Positions 46,082 through 54,815 of a stretch of DNA of 57,844 nt are shown one piece after another. The stretch is from Acutalibacteraceae bacterium. GTDB taxonomy: Bacteria; Bacillota; Clostridia; Oscillospirales; Acutalibacteraceae. Both the position numbers and the translations under genes were made by a program. The notes beneath the pieces are model-generated. The model made no database searches and had not been told where the DNA came from. It worked only from the letters and a program-made list of their open reading frames with translations. Position 1 is the stretch's first letter. Each line of letters opens with the position of its first letter. The DNA is taken from positions 1 to 57,844 of the forward strand of contig JAZOOT010000009.1 of assembly GCA_045655165.1 (NCBI GenBank), given 5' to 3'.

Positions 46082-46519
46082 TTGAAAATCATAATTTCTT
46101 GCGGTAAAGTTTCTCTATTACTGTTTTTTGTTTTTTTGCTTGTTGTTATTTTAGCTTTTTCGTTTTTAAATGTTTATAACAGCGGTAAAATAGTTTTAAA
46201 TAACGAACAGTCAAGAATTAAGTTTTTAGAAGAACTTGGCTTTAATAATATGGATTTAATTGCAGAACCGAAAGAAATTATAATACCAACAAACCCGTCT
46301 AACGAATACAAAGAGTATTTAAAAACACAAGAAATCAACGGATGGGATTTGTATAAATTTTCTGGAAAGGAATTAAAACTTCACAGTTATAAAAACGGAC
46401 AAACGTTTGTTAATTTGTTTTTTAAAGGTAACGTTTTGGTTGGCGCAGATTTTTGTGAAGTTGGCGGTGAAGAGCAAAAACCGCTTATTTTAAATAATGA
46501 AAACCGAAAGATTGGATAA
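46082..46519 (+). CDS. hypothetical membrane-anchored protein (possibly DUF4830-like)
   Basis: 145 aa. TTG start 6 nt after GAGGTG. One TM. The FLEELGF...IIIP...YKEYLKTQEINGWDL pattern is reminiscent of DUF4830, unverified. Confidence 0.45.
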   Translation: MKIIISCGKVSLLLFFVFLLVVILAFSFLNVYNSGKIVLNNEQSRIKFLEELGFNNMDLIAEPKEIIIPTNPSNEYKEYLKTQEINGWDLYKFSGKELKLHSYKNGQTFVNLFFKGNVLVGADFCEVGGEEQKPLILNNENRKIG

Positions 46520-47216
46520 ATTTATTGCTTCTAACACAAATTATACAAGAAGTGACTGCCGCAAACTTATTTACACAGGCAAGGTTAGTGTTAATGGAAA
46601 AACCAACGTAAAAATTGACACAAAAGTTGACCCTGAAAAAGATGAAGTTTTGCTTGATAACCAAAAAATTGAATATAAAAAATTTGTTTACTATTTAATG
46701 AATAAACCAAAAGGGGTTCTATCGGCTTGTAACGATAAAAACAAAAAAACTGTTGTTGATTTGCTTAAAGAAAACGATAAAATTAAAGATGTTTTTCCCA
46801 TTGGCAGACTTGATAAAGATACTACTGGACTTTTGCTTTTAACTAATGACGGTGAAACGGCACACAAAATTATAAGCCCGAAAAGCAGAATTGAAAAAAG
46901 TTATATTGCAACGCTTGACGGCAATATAAATAACGAAAATATTCTTTTGTTTAAAAACGGTGTTACCCTTGCCGACGGTAGCATTTGTAAACCCGCAGTA
47001 TTAGAAAACATTGGCGAAAATACTGCAAGGGTAATTATTACCGAGGGGAAGTATCACCAAATAAAAAGAATGTTTGGCGTTATTGGGATAGGCGTTGTTG
47101 AGCTTCACCGCGAACGCATTGGAAACCTAACAATTCCAAACAATTTAAAAACGGGAGAATATTGCGAAATTTTGTTTAGTGATGTCAAAAATGCTGTTTT
47201 TGTTAATAAAAGTTAG
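46497..47216 (+). CDS. RsuA/RluB-family pseudouridine synthase with S4 domain
   Basis: RLDKFIA (S4), GRLDKDTTGLLLLTNDG, GKYHQIKRMF. Confidence 0.85.
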   Translation: MKTERLDKFIASNTNYTRSDCRKLIYTGKVSVNGKTNVKIDTKVDPEKDEVLLDNQKIEYKKFVYYLMNKPKGVLSACNDKNKKTVVDLLKENDKIKDVFPIGRLDKDTTGLLLLTNDGETAHKIISPKSRIEKSYIATLDGNINNENILLFKNGVTLADGSICKPAVLENIGENTARVIITEGKYHQIKRMFGVIGIGVVELHRERIGNLTIPNNLKTGEYCEILFSDVKNAVFVNKS

Positions 47217-47333
47217 GTAATATTACCAAATAGTTCTTTGATTATTTTCCAAATTTAACAATAGCATTTCGATTTAGTTTTTGGTATAATACTATATATT
47301 AAAATTCTTGCACTATATTTAGGAGGTTAAAAT

Positions 47334-48476
47334 ATGGCAAGTTTATCATTAAGAAACGTTTATAAAAAGTATCCCGGCGGTGTAGTTGCCGTTTCGGACT
47401 TTAATTTGGAAATCAAAGACAAAGAGTTTATTATTCTTGTTGGTCCTTCCGGTTGCGGTAAATCCACAACTCTTAGAATGGTTGCCGGCCTTGAAGAAAT
47501 TTCCGATGGTCAAGTTTATATTGGCGACCGCGTTGTTAACGACGTTGCTCCTAAGGACAGAGATATTGCAATGGTTTTCCAGAACTATGCTCTTTATCCT
47601 CATATGACAGTGTTTGACAACATGGCTTTCGGTCTTAAACTCCGCAAAACATCTAAAGACGAAATCAAACGCCGCGTTGAAGAAGCTGCAAGAATTCTTG
47701 ATATTGAACACCTTCTTGAACGTAAACCAAAAGCTCTTTCGGGTGGTCAAAGACAGCGTGTTGCTTTAGGTCGTGCTATTGTTCGTGAACCTAAAGTATT
47801 CCTTCTTGACGAACCTCTTTCCAACCTTGACGCTAAGTTGCGTGCACAGATGCGTACCGAAATTTCTAAACTTCACCAGCGTCTTGGCACAACATTCATT
47901 TACGTAACTCACGACCAGACCGAAGCTATGACAATGGGTACTCGTATCGTTGTTATGAAAAGCGGTTTCATTCAACAGGTTGATACTCCTCAGAACCTTT
48001 ATTTGTATCCTTGCAACCTTTTCGTTGCCGGATTTATCGGTTCTCCTCAAATGAACTTTATTGAATGCAAACTTCTTAAAGAAGACGGCAATTTCTATGT
48101 TGAATACGGTTCTGAAGACACAAAAACAAGAGCAGGTGTTAAGTTTAAAATTAAACTTCCTGAATCTAAAAACAAAGATAATTGCTTAGAAGCTTACGCT
48201 GGTAAAGAAGTTATTATGGGTATTCGTCCTGAAAACGTTCACAACGAAGAAGATTTAATTGCTGCTAACCCCGACGGTGTTGTTGAAGCAAATGTTGAGG
48301 TTACCGAACTTATGGGTGCTGAAACTTATCTTTACATGGATTCTGAAGGTCAGGCAATTAACGCTCGTGTTGCTCCTACAAACACTGCTCGTCCCGGTGA
48401 CCATATCACTATTGCATTTGAACCCGAAAAAATTCATTTGTTTGATAAAGATACCGAAGTTACCATTACAAACTAA
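47334..48476 (+). CDS. stand-alone sugar ABC transporter ATP-binding protein (MsmX/MalK/UgpC type)
   Basis: [35 protein letters not shown]-terminal regulatory TOBE-like domain. No adjacent permease genes. Confidence 0.85.
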   Translation: MASLSLRNVYKKYPGGVVAVSDFNLEIKDKEFIILVGPSGCGKSTTLRMVAGLEEISDGQVYIGDRVVNDVAPKDRDIAMVFQNYALYPHMTVFDNMAFGLKLRKTSKDEIKRRVEEAARILDIEHLLERKPKALSGGQRQRVALGRAIVREPKVFLLDEPLSNLDAKLRAQMRTEISKLHQRLGTTFIYVTHDQTEAMTMGTRIVVMKSGFIQQVDTPQNLYLYPCNLFVAGFIGSPQMNFIECKLLKEDGNFYVEYGSEDTKTRAGVKFKIKLPESKNKDNCLEAYAGKEVIMGIRPENVHNEEDLIAANPDGVVEANVEVTELMGAETYLYMDSEGQAINARVAPTNTARPGDHITIAFEPEKIHLFDKDTEVTITN

Positions 48477-48484
48477 TATTAAAA

Positions 48485-48517
48485 AGCACAGGGAAACCTG
48501 TGCTTTTTTGTTTTTTA
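48485..48517 (+). terminator. intrinsic terminator
   Basis: AGCACAGG / CCTGTGCT with GAAA loop, then T-runs. Confidence 0.75.
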
Positions 48518-48534
48518 TGAATAAAAAATAAATT

Positions 48535-48551
48535 TGTAATAATTTTGTAAC
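48535..48551 (+). promoter_or_regulatory. WalR-type direct-repeat box (candidate)
   Basis: TGTAAT-AATTT-TGTAAC is an exact match to TGTWAH-N5-TGTWAH. It sits 17 nt upstream of the -35. Confidence 0.35.
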
Positions 48552-48568
48552 TTTTTTTGATTATATAC

Positions 48569-48597
48569 TTGAATTGTGTCGCATTTTTGTGTATAAT
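48569..48597 (+). promoter_or_regulatory. sigma-A-like promoter of the PucR-ftsEX operon
   Basis: TTGAAT 48569-74, 17-nt spacer, TATAAT 48592-97. Confidence 0.5.
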
Positions 48598-48638
48598 GCT
48601 ATTGTATGTATATTACTTTATAAAGAGGAGTGTTTGTT

Positions 48639-49721
48639 TTGTCTAACCGTTTGTTTCAAGGCGTTATTTCTCAGTTAAAAAATTCAATTGATGTTCCTTT
48701 TGGTGTGTTAGATGAGAATCTTAACATTATTGCTTGTAACGAATTAGAACGTATGGGCGAAAAGTTTGAAGTTTCTGCCGACAACCTTTATTCGGCTTCA
48801 TGTGTTAAAGAAGACGGCTTTACCTTTAAATCGCTTAGTTCAAGCCAAAATGTTGACTACGTTGTTTTTGTTCAGGGTGAAGACATTTTTGCCGAAAAAT
48901 ATTGTGAAGTTATAGCAGTTGCACTTTCTAATATTAAATTTTATTACGATGAAAAGTATGACCGTTCTAACTTTGTTAAAAACATAATTTTAGATAACAT
49001 TCTTCCCGGTGATATTTACTTAAAAGCACGCGAACTTTACTTTAATTCCGACGTTTTGCGTACCGCTTTTCTTATTCGTATTAGCGAACCTACCGATATT
49101 TCGGTTTACGATGTTATTCAAAATCTTTTCCCCGATAAATCTAAAGATTTTGTAATTAGCATAAACGAAACCGATATTGCCCTTATTAAAGAAACAAAAC
49201 AAGGTATTTCCGAAAAAGATATTAAACAACTTGCAACTACAATTGCCGATACACTTTCGGGTGAATTTTATGCTCACGCAACAATTGGTGTTGGTACTAC
49301 GGTAGATAACCTTAAAGACCTTGCACATTCCTTTAAAGAAGCGCAAGCAGCGTTGGAAGTTGGCAAGGTGTTTGATACCGATAAAACAATTGTTTGCTAT
49401 AACAATTTAGGTATTGCGCGTCTTATCTATCAACTTCCCACAACACTTTGCGAATCTTTCTTAAGGGAAGTATTTAAGCGCGGCTCTATTGAAAGTCTTG
49501 ACCAAGAAACATTGTTTACAATTCAAAAGTTCTTTGAAAACAACCTAAACGTTTCCGAAACTTCAAGAAAACTTTTTGTGCATAGAAATACACTTGTTTA
49601 CCGTCTTGAAAAAATCAAGAAAATTACGGGTCTTGATTTGCGTGAGTTTGACCACGCCATTATTTTCAAAATTGCGTTAATGGTAAATCGCTATTTGAAA
49701 TCTAATCCTGTTAAATATTAA
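48639..49721 (+). CDS. PucR/CdaR-family transcriptional regulator
   Basis: C-terminal HTH ETSRKLFVHRNTLVYRLEKIKKITGLDL. TTG 48639 lies 8 nt after GGAG; the track start GTG 48630 overlaps the SD. Confidence 0.7.
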   Translation: MSNRLFQGVISQLKNSIDVPFGVLDENLNIIACNELERMGEKFEVSADNLYSASCVKEDGFTFKSLSSSQNVDYVVFVQGEDIFAEKYCEVIAVALSNIKFYYDEKYDRSNFVKNIILDNILPGDIYLKARELYFNSDVLRTAFLIRISEPTDISVYDVIQNLFPDKSKDFVISINETDIALIKETKQGISEKDIKQLATTIADTLSGEFYAHATIGVGTTVDNLKDLAHSFKEAQAALEVGKVFDTDKTIVCYNNLGIARLIYQLPTTLCESFLREVFKRGSIESLDQETLFTIQKFFENNLNVSETSRKLFVHRNTLVYRLEKIKKITGLDLREFDHAIIFKIALMVNRYLKSNPVKY

Positions 49722-49736
49722 GAAAAGAGTGATTTT

Positions 49737-50459
49737 GTGATAGAACAACAGTCGGTTATGGATGCAAATAATTCCGTAATTGAATTTAAAGGTGTTTCTA
49801 AAACCTATCAAAACGGCACAAAAGCATTAAACGACGTTAATATTTCTATTAAAAGCGGCGAATTTGTTTTTGTTGTTGGTTCTTCGGGCGCAGGTAAATC
49901 TACCTTTATGAAACTTATTATGAGGGAAGAAAAGCCAAACGCAGGTGAAATTCGCGTAAACGGTTTTAATCTTTCTAAATTAGCTCATAAAGACGTTCCC
50001 AAGCTTCGCAGAACAATGGGTATTGTTTTCCAAGATTTCCGTTTAATACCTAATATGACAGTTTTTGAAAACGTTGCTTTTGCAATGCACGTTACCGGTG
50101 CAGACAGCCGTGATATTCGTTTGCAGGTGGCAAAATCGTTAAGCCGTGTCGGACTTGGCGATAAAGCGCGTTCAATGCCTAACCAACTTTCGGGCGGTGA
50201 ACAACAGCGTGTTGGTCTTGCAAGGGCTTTGGTTAATTCACCAAGTCTTATTATTGCGGACGAGCCAACGGGTAACGTTGACCCTAATATGTCTTACGAA
50301 ATTGTTTCAATGCTTACCGAAATTAACAAAAGGGGAACCACAGTTTTAATGGTTACCCACGACCATAATCTTGTTAGGGATTTTGGACATCGCGTAATTA
50401 TGTTGGATAGCGGTAAGGTTGTTGCCGATAATGCGGGAGGTAAAATAAATGAAGCTTAA
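49737..50459 (+). CDS. ftsE: cell division ATP-binding protein FtsE
   Basis: [34 protein letters not shown]. Followed by ftsX. Confidence 0.9.
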   Translation: MIEQQSVMDANNSVIEFKGVSKTYQNGTKALNDVNISIKSGEFVFVVGSSGAGKSTFMKLIMREEKPNAGEIRVNGFNLSKLAHKDVPKLRRTMGIVFQDFRLIPNMTVFENVAFAMHVTGADSRDIRLQVAKSLSRVGLGDKARSMPNQLSGGEQQRVGLARALVNSPSLIIADEPTGNVDPNMSYEIVSMLTEINKRGTTVLMVTHDHNLVRDFGHRVIMLDSGKVVADNAGGKINEA

Positions 50460-51435
50460 CAGTTTTAATTACCTCACAAAGGAAGGCATTAAAAACGTTT
50501 GGGTAAACCGTTTAATGACCATTTCTTCAATTGGCGTTTTGGTTGCTTGTATGGTGCTTATTGGTATGTCGGTTATGCTTTCATTTAACATAACAAAAGC
50601 AATGGGCGCTTTAGAATCGCAAAACGTTGTTATGGCTTACCTTGATGACTATAACGCTGCAAAATACGATGAAAGCAGAAACACGGGTGATGAAATACCC
50701 GAAGATGCTTACACTGTTCATAATAAGCAAGAAGCTTTGGCTGTTCGCGATGAAATTGCAAAACTTAATAACGTTTCCGAAGCAGTTTACGTTTCTAAAG
50801 AAGAAGCGTTGCAAGACGTTAAGAACACGATGCTTGATAAAGATGCTGAATATTTAACCTTCCTTGATGAAGAGGGGGGTAACCCGCTTTCTGACTCAAT
50901 TAAGGTCTCTATGGATGACCTTTCTAAGTTTGATGAAACTGTTACGGCAATTTCACAAATTAAAGGTGTTGAAAGTGTTCAGTCGCAACGCGACCTTGCC
51001 ACAAAAATCAATTCAATTAAAAACGGTGTTTTCATTGTTGGCATTGTAATTATTGTTATTTTGCTTATTATTTCTTTGGTAATTGTTTCTAATACAATTA
51101 GGGTTACAATGTATAACCGTAAACTTGAAATAAGTATTATGAAAGCCGTTGGTGCAACAGACGCGTTTATTAGAATTCCGTTTGTTGTTGAAGGAATTAC
51201 TATTGGCATTATTTCTGCTTTAATTTCCGAAGCAATTTTATATTGCTGTTACAGGGTTGCGGCAGAAGCAATTCTTTCTAATCTTGGCACATTTGCTTTA
51301 ATCCCGTTCTCTTCAAAAGCACTTTTGTTATTTGGCGTGTTTATGGGAATTGGTATTTTTGCAGGTGCATTTGGTAGCGTTTTAATGATTGGTAAATATT
51401 TAAAACGCGAAGGCAGTGAATTTTCCGCTATTTAA
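50449..51435 (+). CDS. ftsX: cell division permease-like protein FtsX
   Basis: TM1, a large extracytoplasmic domain, then three C-terminal TMs (FtsX fold). Overlaps ftsE. Confidence 0.85.
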   Translation: MKLNSFNYLTKEGIKNVWVNRLMTISSIGVLVACMVLIGMSVMLSFNITKAMGALESQNVVMAYLDDYNAAKYDESRNTGDEIPEDAYTVHNKQEALAVRDEIAKLNNVSEAVYVSKEEALQDVKNTMLDKDAEYLTFLDEEGGNPLSDSIKVSMDDLSKFDETVTAISQIKGVESVQSQRDLATKINSIKNGVFIVGIVIIVILLIISLVIVSNTIRVTMYNRKLEISIMKAVGATDAFIRIPFVVEGITIGIISALISEAILYCCYRVAAEAILSNLGTFALIPFSSKALLLFGVFMGIGIFAGAFGSVLMIGKYLKREGSEFSAI

Positions 51436-51444
51436 GGAGTATTT

Positions 51445-52641
51445 ATGAAGTTTAATTTTATAAAAGTTGTTTGTTTGGTGCTTTGTTTTGCGCTAACTGT
51501 GTGTGCGGTTCCTTTTAAAGCCAACGTATATGCGGCAGAACCCACGTTGTCTGAATTGCAAGATAAATATGAAGCGACACAAAAACACCTTAATGATTTA
51601 AAAAATCAAAGAGCTGACCAGCAAGATATTATTAACGGTCTTAATGAAGTTATAAGGGCAAAACAGGAAATTATTGACCAGTTTAATAAAAAAATCAATG
51701 CGTACAGTGAACAAATAAACAGTAAGCAAAAAGAAATTGATAAACTTAATAACGATATTGAAACCGATAAAGAAACCTTTAAAAAAAGAATTCGTTCGCT
51801 TTATATGAGCAATTCTAAAACCGACGTTCAAATTGTTTTGGGCGCAAATAGTTTTTCTGAATATCTTGTTTTATCTCAGGTGGCAAAAACCTCTTCAAAG
51901 CGCGATAAAGCGTTAATTGATAAAATTGTTGATGCTGTTACTGCTATTGATAAAGAAAAGGCCGATATTCAAAAATTGCTTGACGAGCAAAAAAACGAAA
52001 GGTCTGTTTACGACAAAGAAAAAGCAGAACTTGATAAGAAAGTTGCAGAGGTTAACCGCCTTATAAACTCTATTGACCGTGATATTGCCAAAGACCAAGC
52101 CGACCTTGATAAGATTTCCGACGATATTAATAAAAAAACTGCAAGCGGTGAAGTTGGCGGTGACCTTGGCAGTGGTGGTAAGTTTTTCCTTTGGCCTTCA
52201 GCTCGCTTTACCTATGTAAGTGCGGGATTTGACAGCGATGACTCGGTTCACCGTGGTAATCACAAAGGTATTGATATTGCCGGTGGCGGTATTATGGGCA
52301 CGCCCATTCGTGCAGCAGCAGCAGGTAAGGTTTACTTGGTTTCTTCTGGATGCCCACATAATTACGGTAAAAATTATTCTTGCTCAGTTGGTGGAGTTCG
52401 GTGCGGTGGCGGTTATGGTAACTATGTTGCTATTGACCACGACAAATATAACGGAAAACACTACAAAACCTTGTATGCCCACATGAAAAGTGTTGCTGTT
52501 CGTAACGGTCAGCACGTGCAACGCGGTCAGGTAATTGGTTACGTTGGTACAACCGGTTGGTCAACAGGTCCGCATATTCATTTTGAAACAATTGTAAACG
52601 GCAAAAAGGTTAACCCCAAAAATTTCTCTTATGACTACTAA
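51445..52641 (+). CDS. coiled-coil M23 peptidase (EnvC/PcsB-like partner of FtsEX)
   Basis: Signal peptide. About 200 aa of coiled coil. HKGIDIAG ... YGNYVAIDH ... GPHIHFE. Cys-rich insertion SSGCPHNYGKNYSCSVGGVRCGG. Confidence 0.8.
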   Translation: MKFNFIKVVCLVLCFALTVCAVPFKANVYAAEPTLSELQDKYEATQKHLNDLKNQRADQQDIINGLNEVIRAKQEIIDQFNKKINAYSEQINSKQKEIDKLNNDIETDKETFKKRIRSLYMSNSKTDVQIVLGANSFSEYLVLSQVAKTSSKRDKALIDKIVDAVTAIDKEKADIQKLLDEQKNERSVYDKEKAELDKKVAEVNRLINSIDRDIAKDQADLDKISDDINKKTASGEVGGDLGSGGKFFLWPSARFTYVSAGFDSDDSVHRGNHKGIDIAGGGIMGTPIRAAAAGKVYLVSSGCPHNYGKNYSCSVGGVRCGGGYGNYVAIDHDKYNGKHYKTLYAHMKSVAVRNGQHVQRGQVIGYVGTTGWSTGPHIHFETIVNGKKVNPKNFSYDY

Positions 52642-53629
52642 AAGTTGTCTTTCTGATTTATATGGCAGCAAAAAATTACTCTTTAGGGTAATTTTTGCTG
52701 CTTTGTCGGTTTTAATTATGGTTGCTATTTTTAACTTTTCGGCGCAAAATGCCGCCGCGTCTTCTAAAACGAGCGGCAGTGTAGTAACTGTAATTTTAAA
52801 AACCTTTTATCCGCATTTTTTAGAACTAACGCAAAGCGGTAAAGCCGAGCTTGTAAAAATATTTCAGGTTATTGTAAGAAAAGGCGCGCACTTTTTCGTT
52901 TATTTTTTGCTTGGTTTTAATGTGCTTGGCTTTTTTTCTACGTTTAGTTTAAAAAAGACAAAAATATTTTTATTTTCGTGGCTGTTTTGTGTTTTATATT
53001 TGGTTAGTGATGAATTCCATCAGTTGTTTTCAACCGGCAGAAGTGGAAATATTAAGGATGTATTATTAGATTCTTTAGGTTCGCTTTTCGGAATTTTATT
53101 ATTACTGTTTTTACTAAATTTTTTATATAAAAAGGGGAAGGTTATGAGAAAGAAAGTTTTAATAGAACAAAACACCTTATTAACCGAAAAACTTGTTGAG
53201 GCAAATAAGGAAATTAACCGCTTAAATGGTTTATTAGCCGAAGCAAACGATAAAATTTTATTACTTGAACAAGCCAAACAAGAAGTAAAATCCGAAACGA
53301 TAACCGAAACCCAAGAAAAATCTATTGAATATAGTGATTTAGAAAATATTACTCTAGAAAATACTAATAAATCCAATATTGAAGATTATGCGGTGGAAGT
53401 TATTGCAAAAATTGTTTTGGAAACAAGCAAAGCCGAAGTTGTTTTGGCTTCTAAAAACAACGTTAGTCCTGATAAAAAGAATTTAATAGTAGGTTATGCC
53501 GAAACCTCAAAGGCGCAAATTTTTAAAATTATATCAGAAAAAGAAAGTTTCAGTGTTTTAAAATCAAAAATAGATGAAGAATTTACAAAAACAAAAAATT
53601 ATACGGAACAAATTTTAAATTCTTTTTAA
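52631..53629 (+). CDS. VanZ-like membrane protein with long C-terminal coiled-coil/unknown extension
   Basis: VRKGAHFFVYFLLGF, SDEFHQLFSTGRSGNIKDVLLDSLG (VanZ). An internal in-frame ATG at 53144 lies after GGGGAAGG. Confidence 0.6.
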   Translation: MTTKSCLSDLYGSKKLLFRVIFAALSVLIMVAIFNFSAQNAAASSKTSGSVVTVILKTFYPHFLELTQSGKAELVKIFQVIVRKGAHFFVYFLLGFNVLGFFSTFSLKKTKIFLFSWLFCVLYLVSDEFHQLFSTGRSGNIKDVLLDSLGSLFGILLLLFLLNFLYKKGKVMRKKVLIEQNTLLTEKLVEANKEINRLNGLLAEANDKILLLEQAKQEVKSETITETQEKSIEYSDLENITLENTNKSNIEDYAVEVIAKIVLETSKAEVVLASKNNVSPDKKNLIVGYAETSKAQIFKIISEKESFSVLKSKIDEEFTKTKNYTEQILNSF

Positions 53630-53677
53630 TAAATTATAGTTTAGAAAACAGACACTTGGTAATAATTCTATTAAGAA

Positions 53678-54460
53678 TTGTTGGAGGTGTCTGTTATTTT
53701 TTTTAATAAAGTACAGATTTGCGGAGTAGACACTTCGCAAATAAAAGTATTAAAAGAAAAAGAAAAATTAGAACTATTGGCTAAATTAAGAAAAGGTGAT
53801 GAATCAGCAAGAGAAGAATTGGTAAATGGTAATTTACGCCTTGTTTTAAGCGTAATACAACGCTTTCTAAACCGTGGTGAAAATATGGATGACCTATTTC
53901 AAGTTGGTTGTATTGGTTTAATGAAAGCAATAGACAATTTTGATATTACCCAAAATGTTAGGTTTTCCACATACGCCGTACCAATGATAATAGGTGAAAT
54001 TAGGCGTTATTTGCGTGATAACAATTCGCTCAGAGTCAGCCGCTCAATTAAAGATACCGCATATAAAGCAATGAAAGCAAAAGAAGAATTTATTAACAAA
54101 AACCAAAGGGAACCTTCAATTAAAGAAATTGCTAAAATTTTAGAAACTGACGAGCACGAAGTTGTAACTGCACTTGAAAGTATTGTTGACCCTTTATCAC
54201 TTTACGAGCCAATTTTTTCAGACGGCGGAGATATGGTTTATGTATTAGACCAAATAGGTGATAATTCAAGCGCGGCAAATTGGATAGATGAAATAAGCAT
54301 TAAGGAAGCAATAAAAAAACTTGATGAACGCGAAAAGAAAATTTTAACACTTCGTTTTATGCGAGGTATGACGCAAACCGAAGTTTCCGAAGAAATTGGT
54401 ATATCACAAGCACAAGTATCTCGGCTTGAAAAATTTGCCATTGAAAAAATTAAAGGATAA
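53678..54460 (+). CDS. sigG: sporulation sigma factor SigG
   Basis: NKVQICGVDTS, VNGNLRLVLSVIQRF, DDLFQVGCIGLMKAIDNFD, FSTYAVPMIIGEIRRYLRDN, ISQAQVSRLEK are near-identical to B. subtilis SigG blocks. The true start is uncertain (see finding). Confidence 0.9.
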   Translation: MLEVSVIFFNKVQICGVDTSQIKVLKEKEKLELLAKLRKGDESAREELVNGNLRLVLSVIQRFLNRGENMDDLFQVGCIGLMKAIDNFDITQNVRFSTYAVPMIIGEIRRYLRDNNSLRVSRSIKDTAYKAMKAKEEFINKNQREPSIKEIAKILETDEHEVVTALESIVDPLSLYEPIFSDGGDMVYVLDQIGDNSSAANWIDEISIKEAIKKLDEREKKILTLRFMRGMTQTEVSEEIGISQAQVSRLEKFAIEKIKG

Positions 54461-54500
54461 ATTTGTTCCTGTTTGCATAAAAAATACCGAGGTGGTAATT

Positions 54501-54773
54501 TTGTTTTGCAGTATTCAAGAATTAAGAAACAAGCAAATTGTAAGTGTTGAAACCGGCTCGGTAATTGGTTATTTAAACGATATACAAATAGATACTCAAA
54601 ACGGTAGAATAACAAATTTAATTGTTTTTGGCAAATCAAAACTTTTTGGTTTTTTGGGTCGTGAAAACGATATGCTTATTCCTTGGGAACAAATTGAAGT
54701 TATTGGCGAAGAAACGGTTTTGGTTCGCGGTCCAATGAATTTACTTGCAAACGGAAAATATTTTAAGTTATAA
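54501..54773 (+). CDS. YlmC/YmxH family sporulation protein (PRC barrel)
   Basis: TTG 54501 after GAGGTGG. ELRNKQIVSVETGSVIGYLNDIQIDTQNGRITNLIVFG...IPWEQIEVIGEETVLV. The track ORF start 54396 overlaps sigG. Confidence 0.7.
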   Translation: MFCSIQELRNKQIVSVETGSVIGYLNDIQIDTQNGRITNLIVFGKSKLFGFLGRENDMLIPWEQIEVIGEETVLVRGPMNLLANGKYFKL

Positions 54774-54778
54774 AAAAA

Positions 54779-54815
54779 CACTCGCAGACAAAAAATATCT
54801 GCGGGTGATTTTTTT
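54779..54815 (+). terminator. hairpin plus T-run abutting the spoIVB start codon
   Basis: CACTCGCAGA (54779-88) / TCTGCGGGTG (54798-807), one G-U, then ATTTTTTT, then ATG 54816. Confidence 0.55.
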
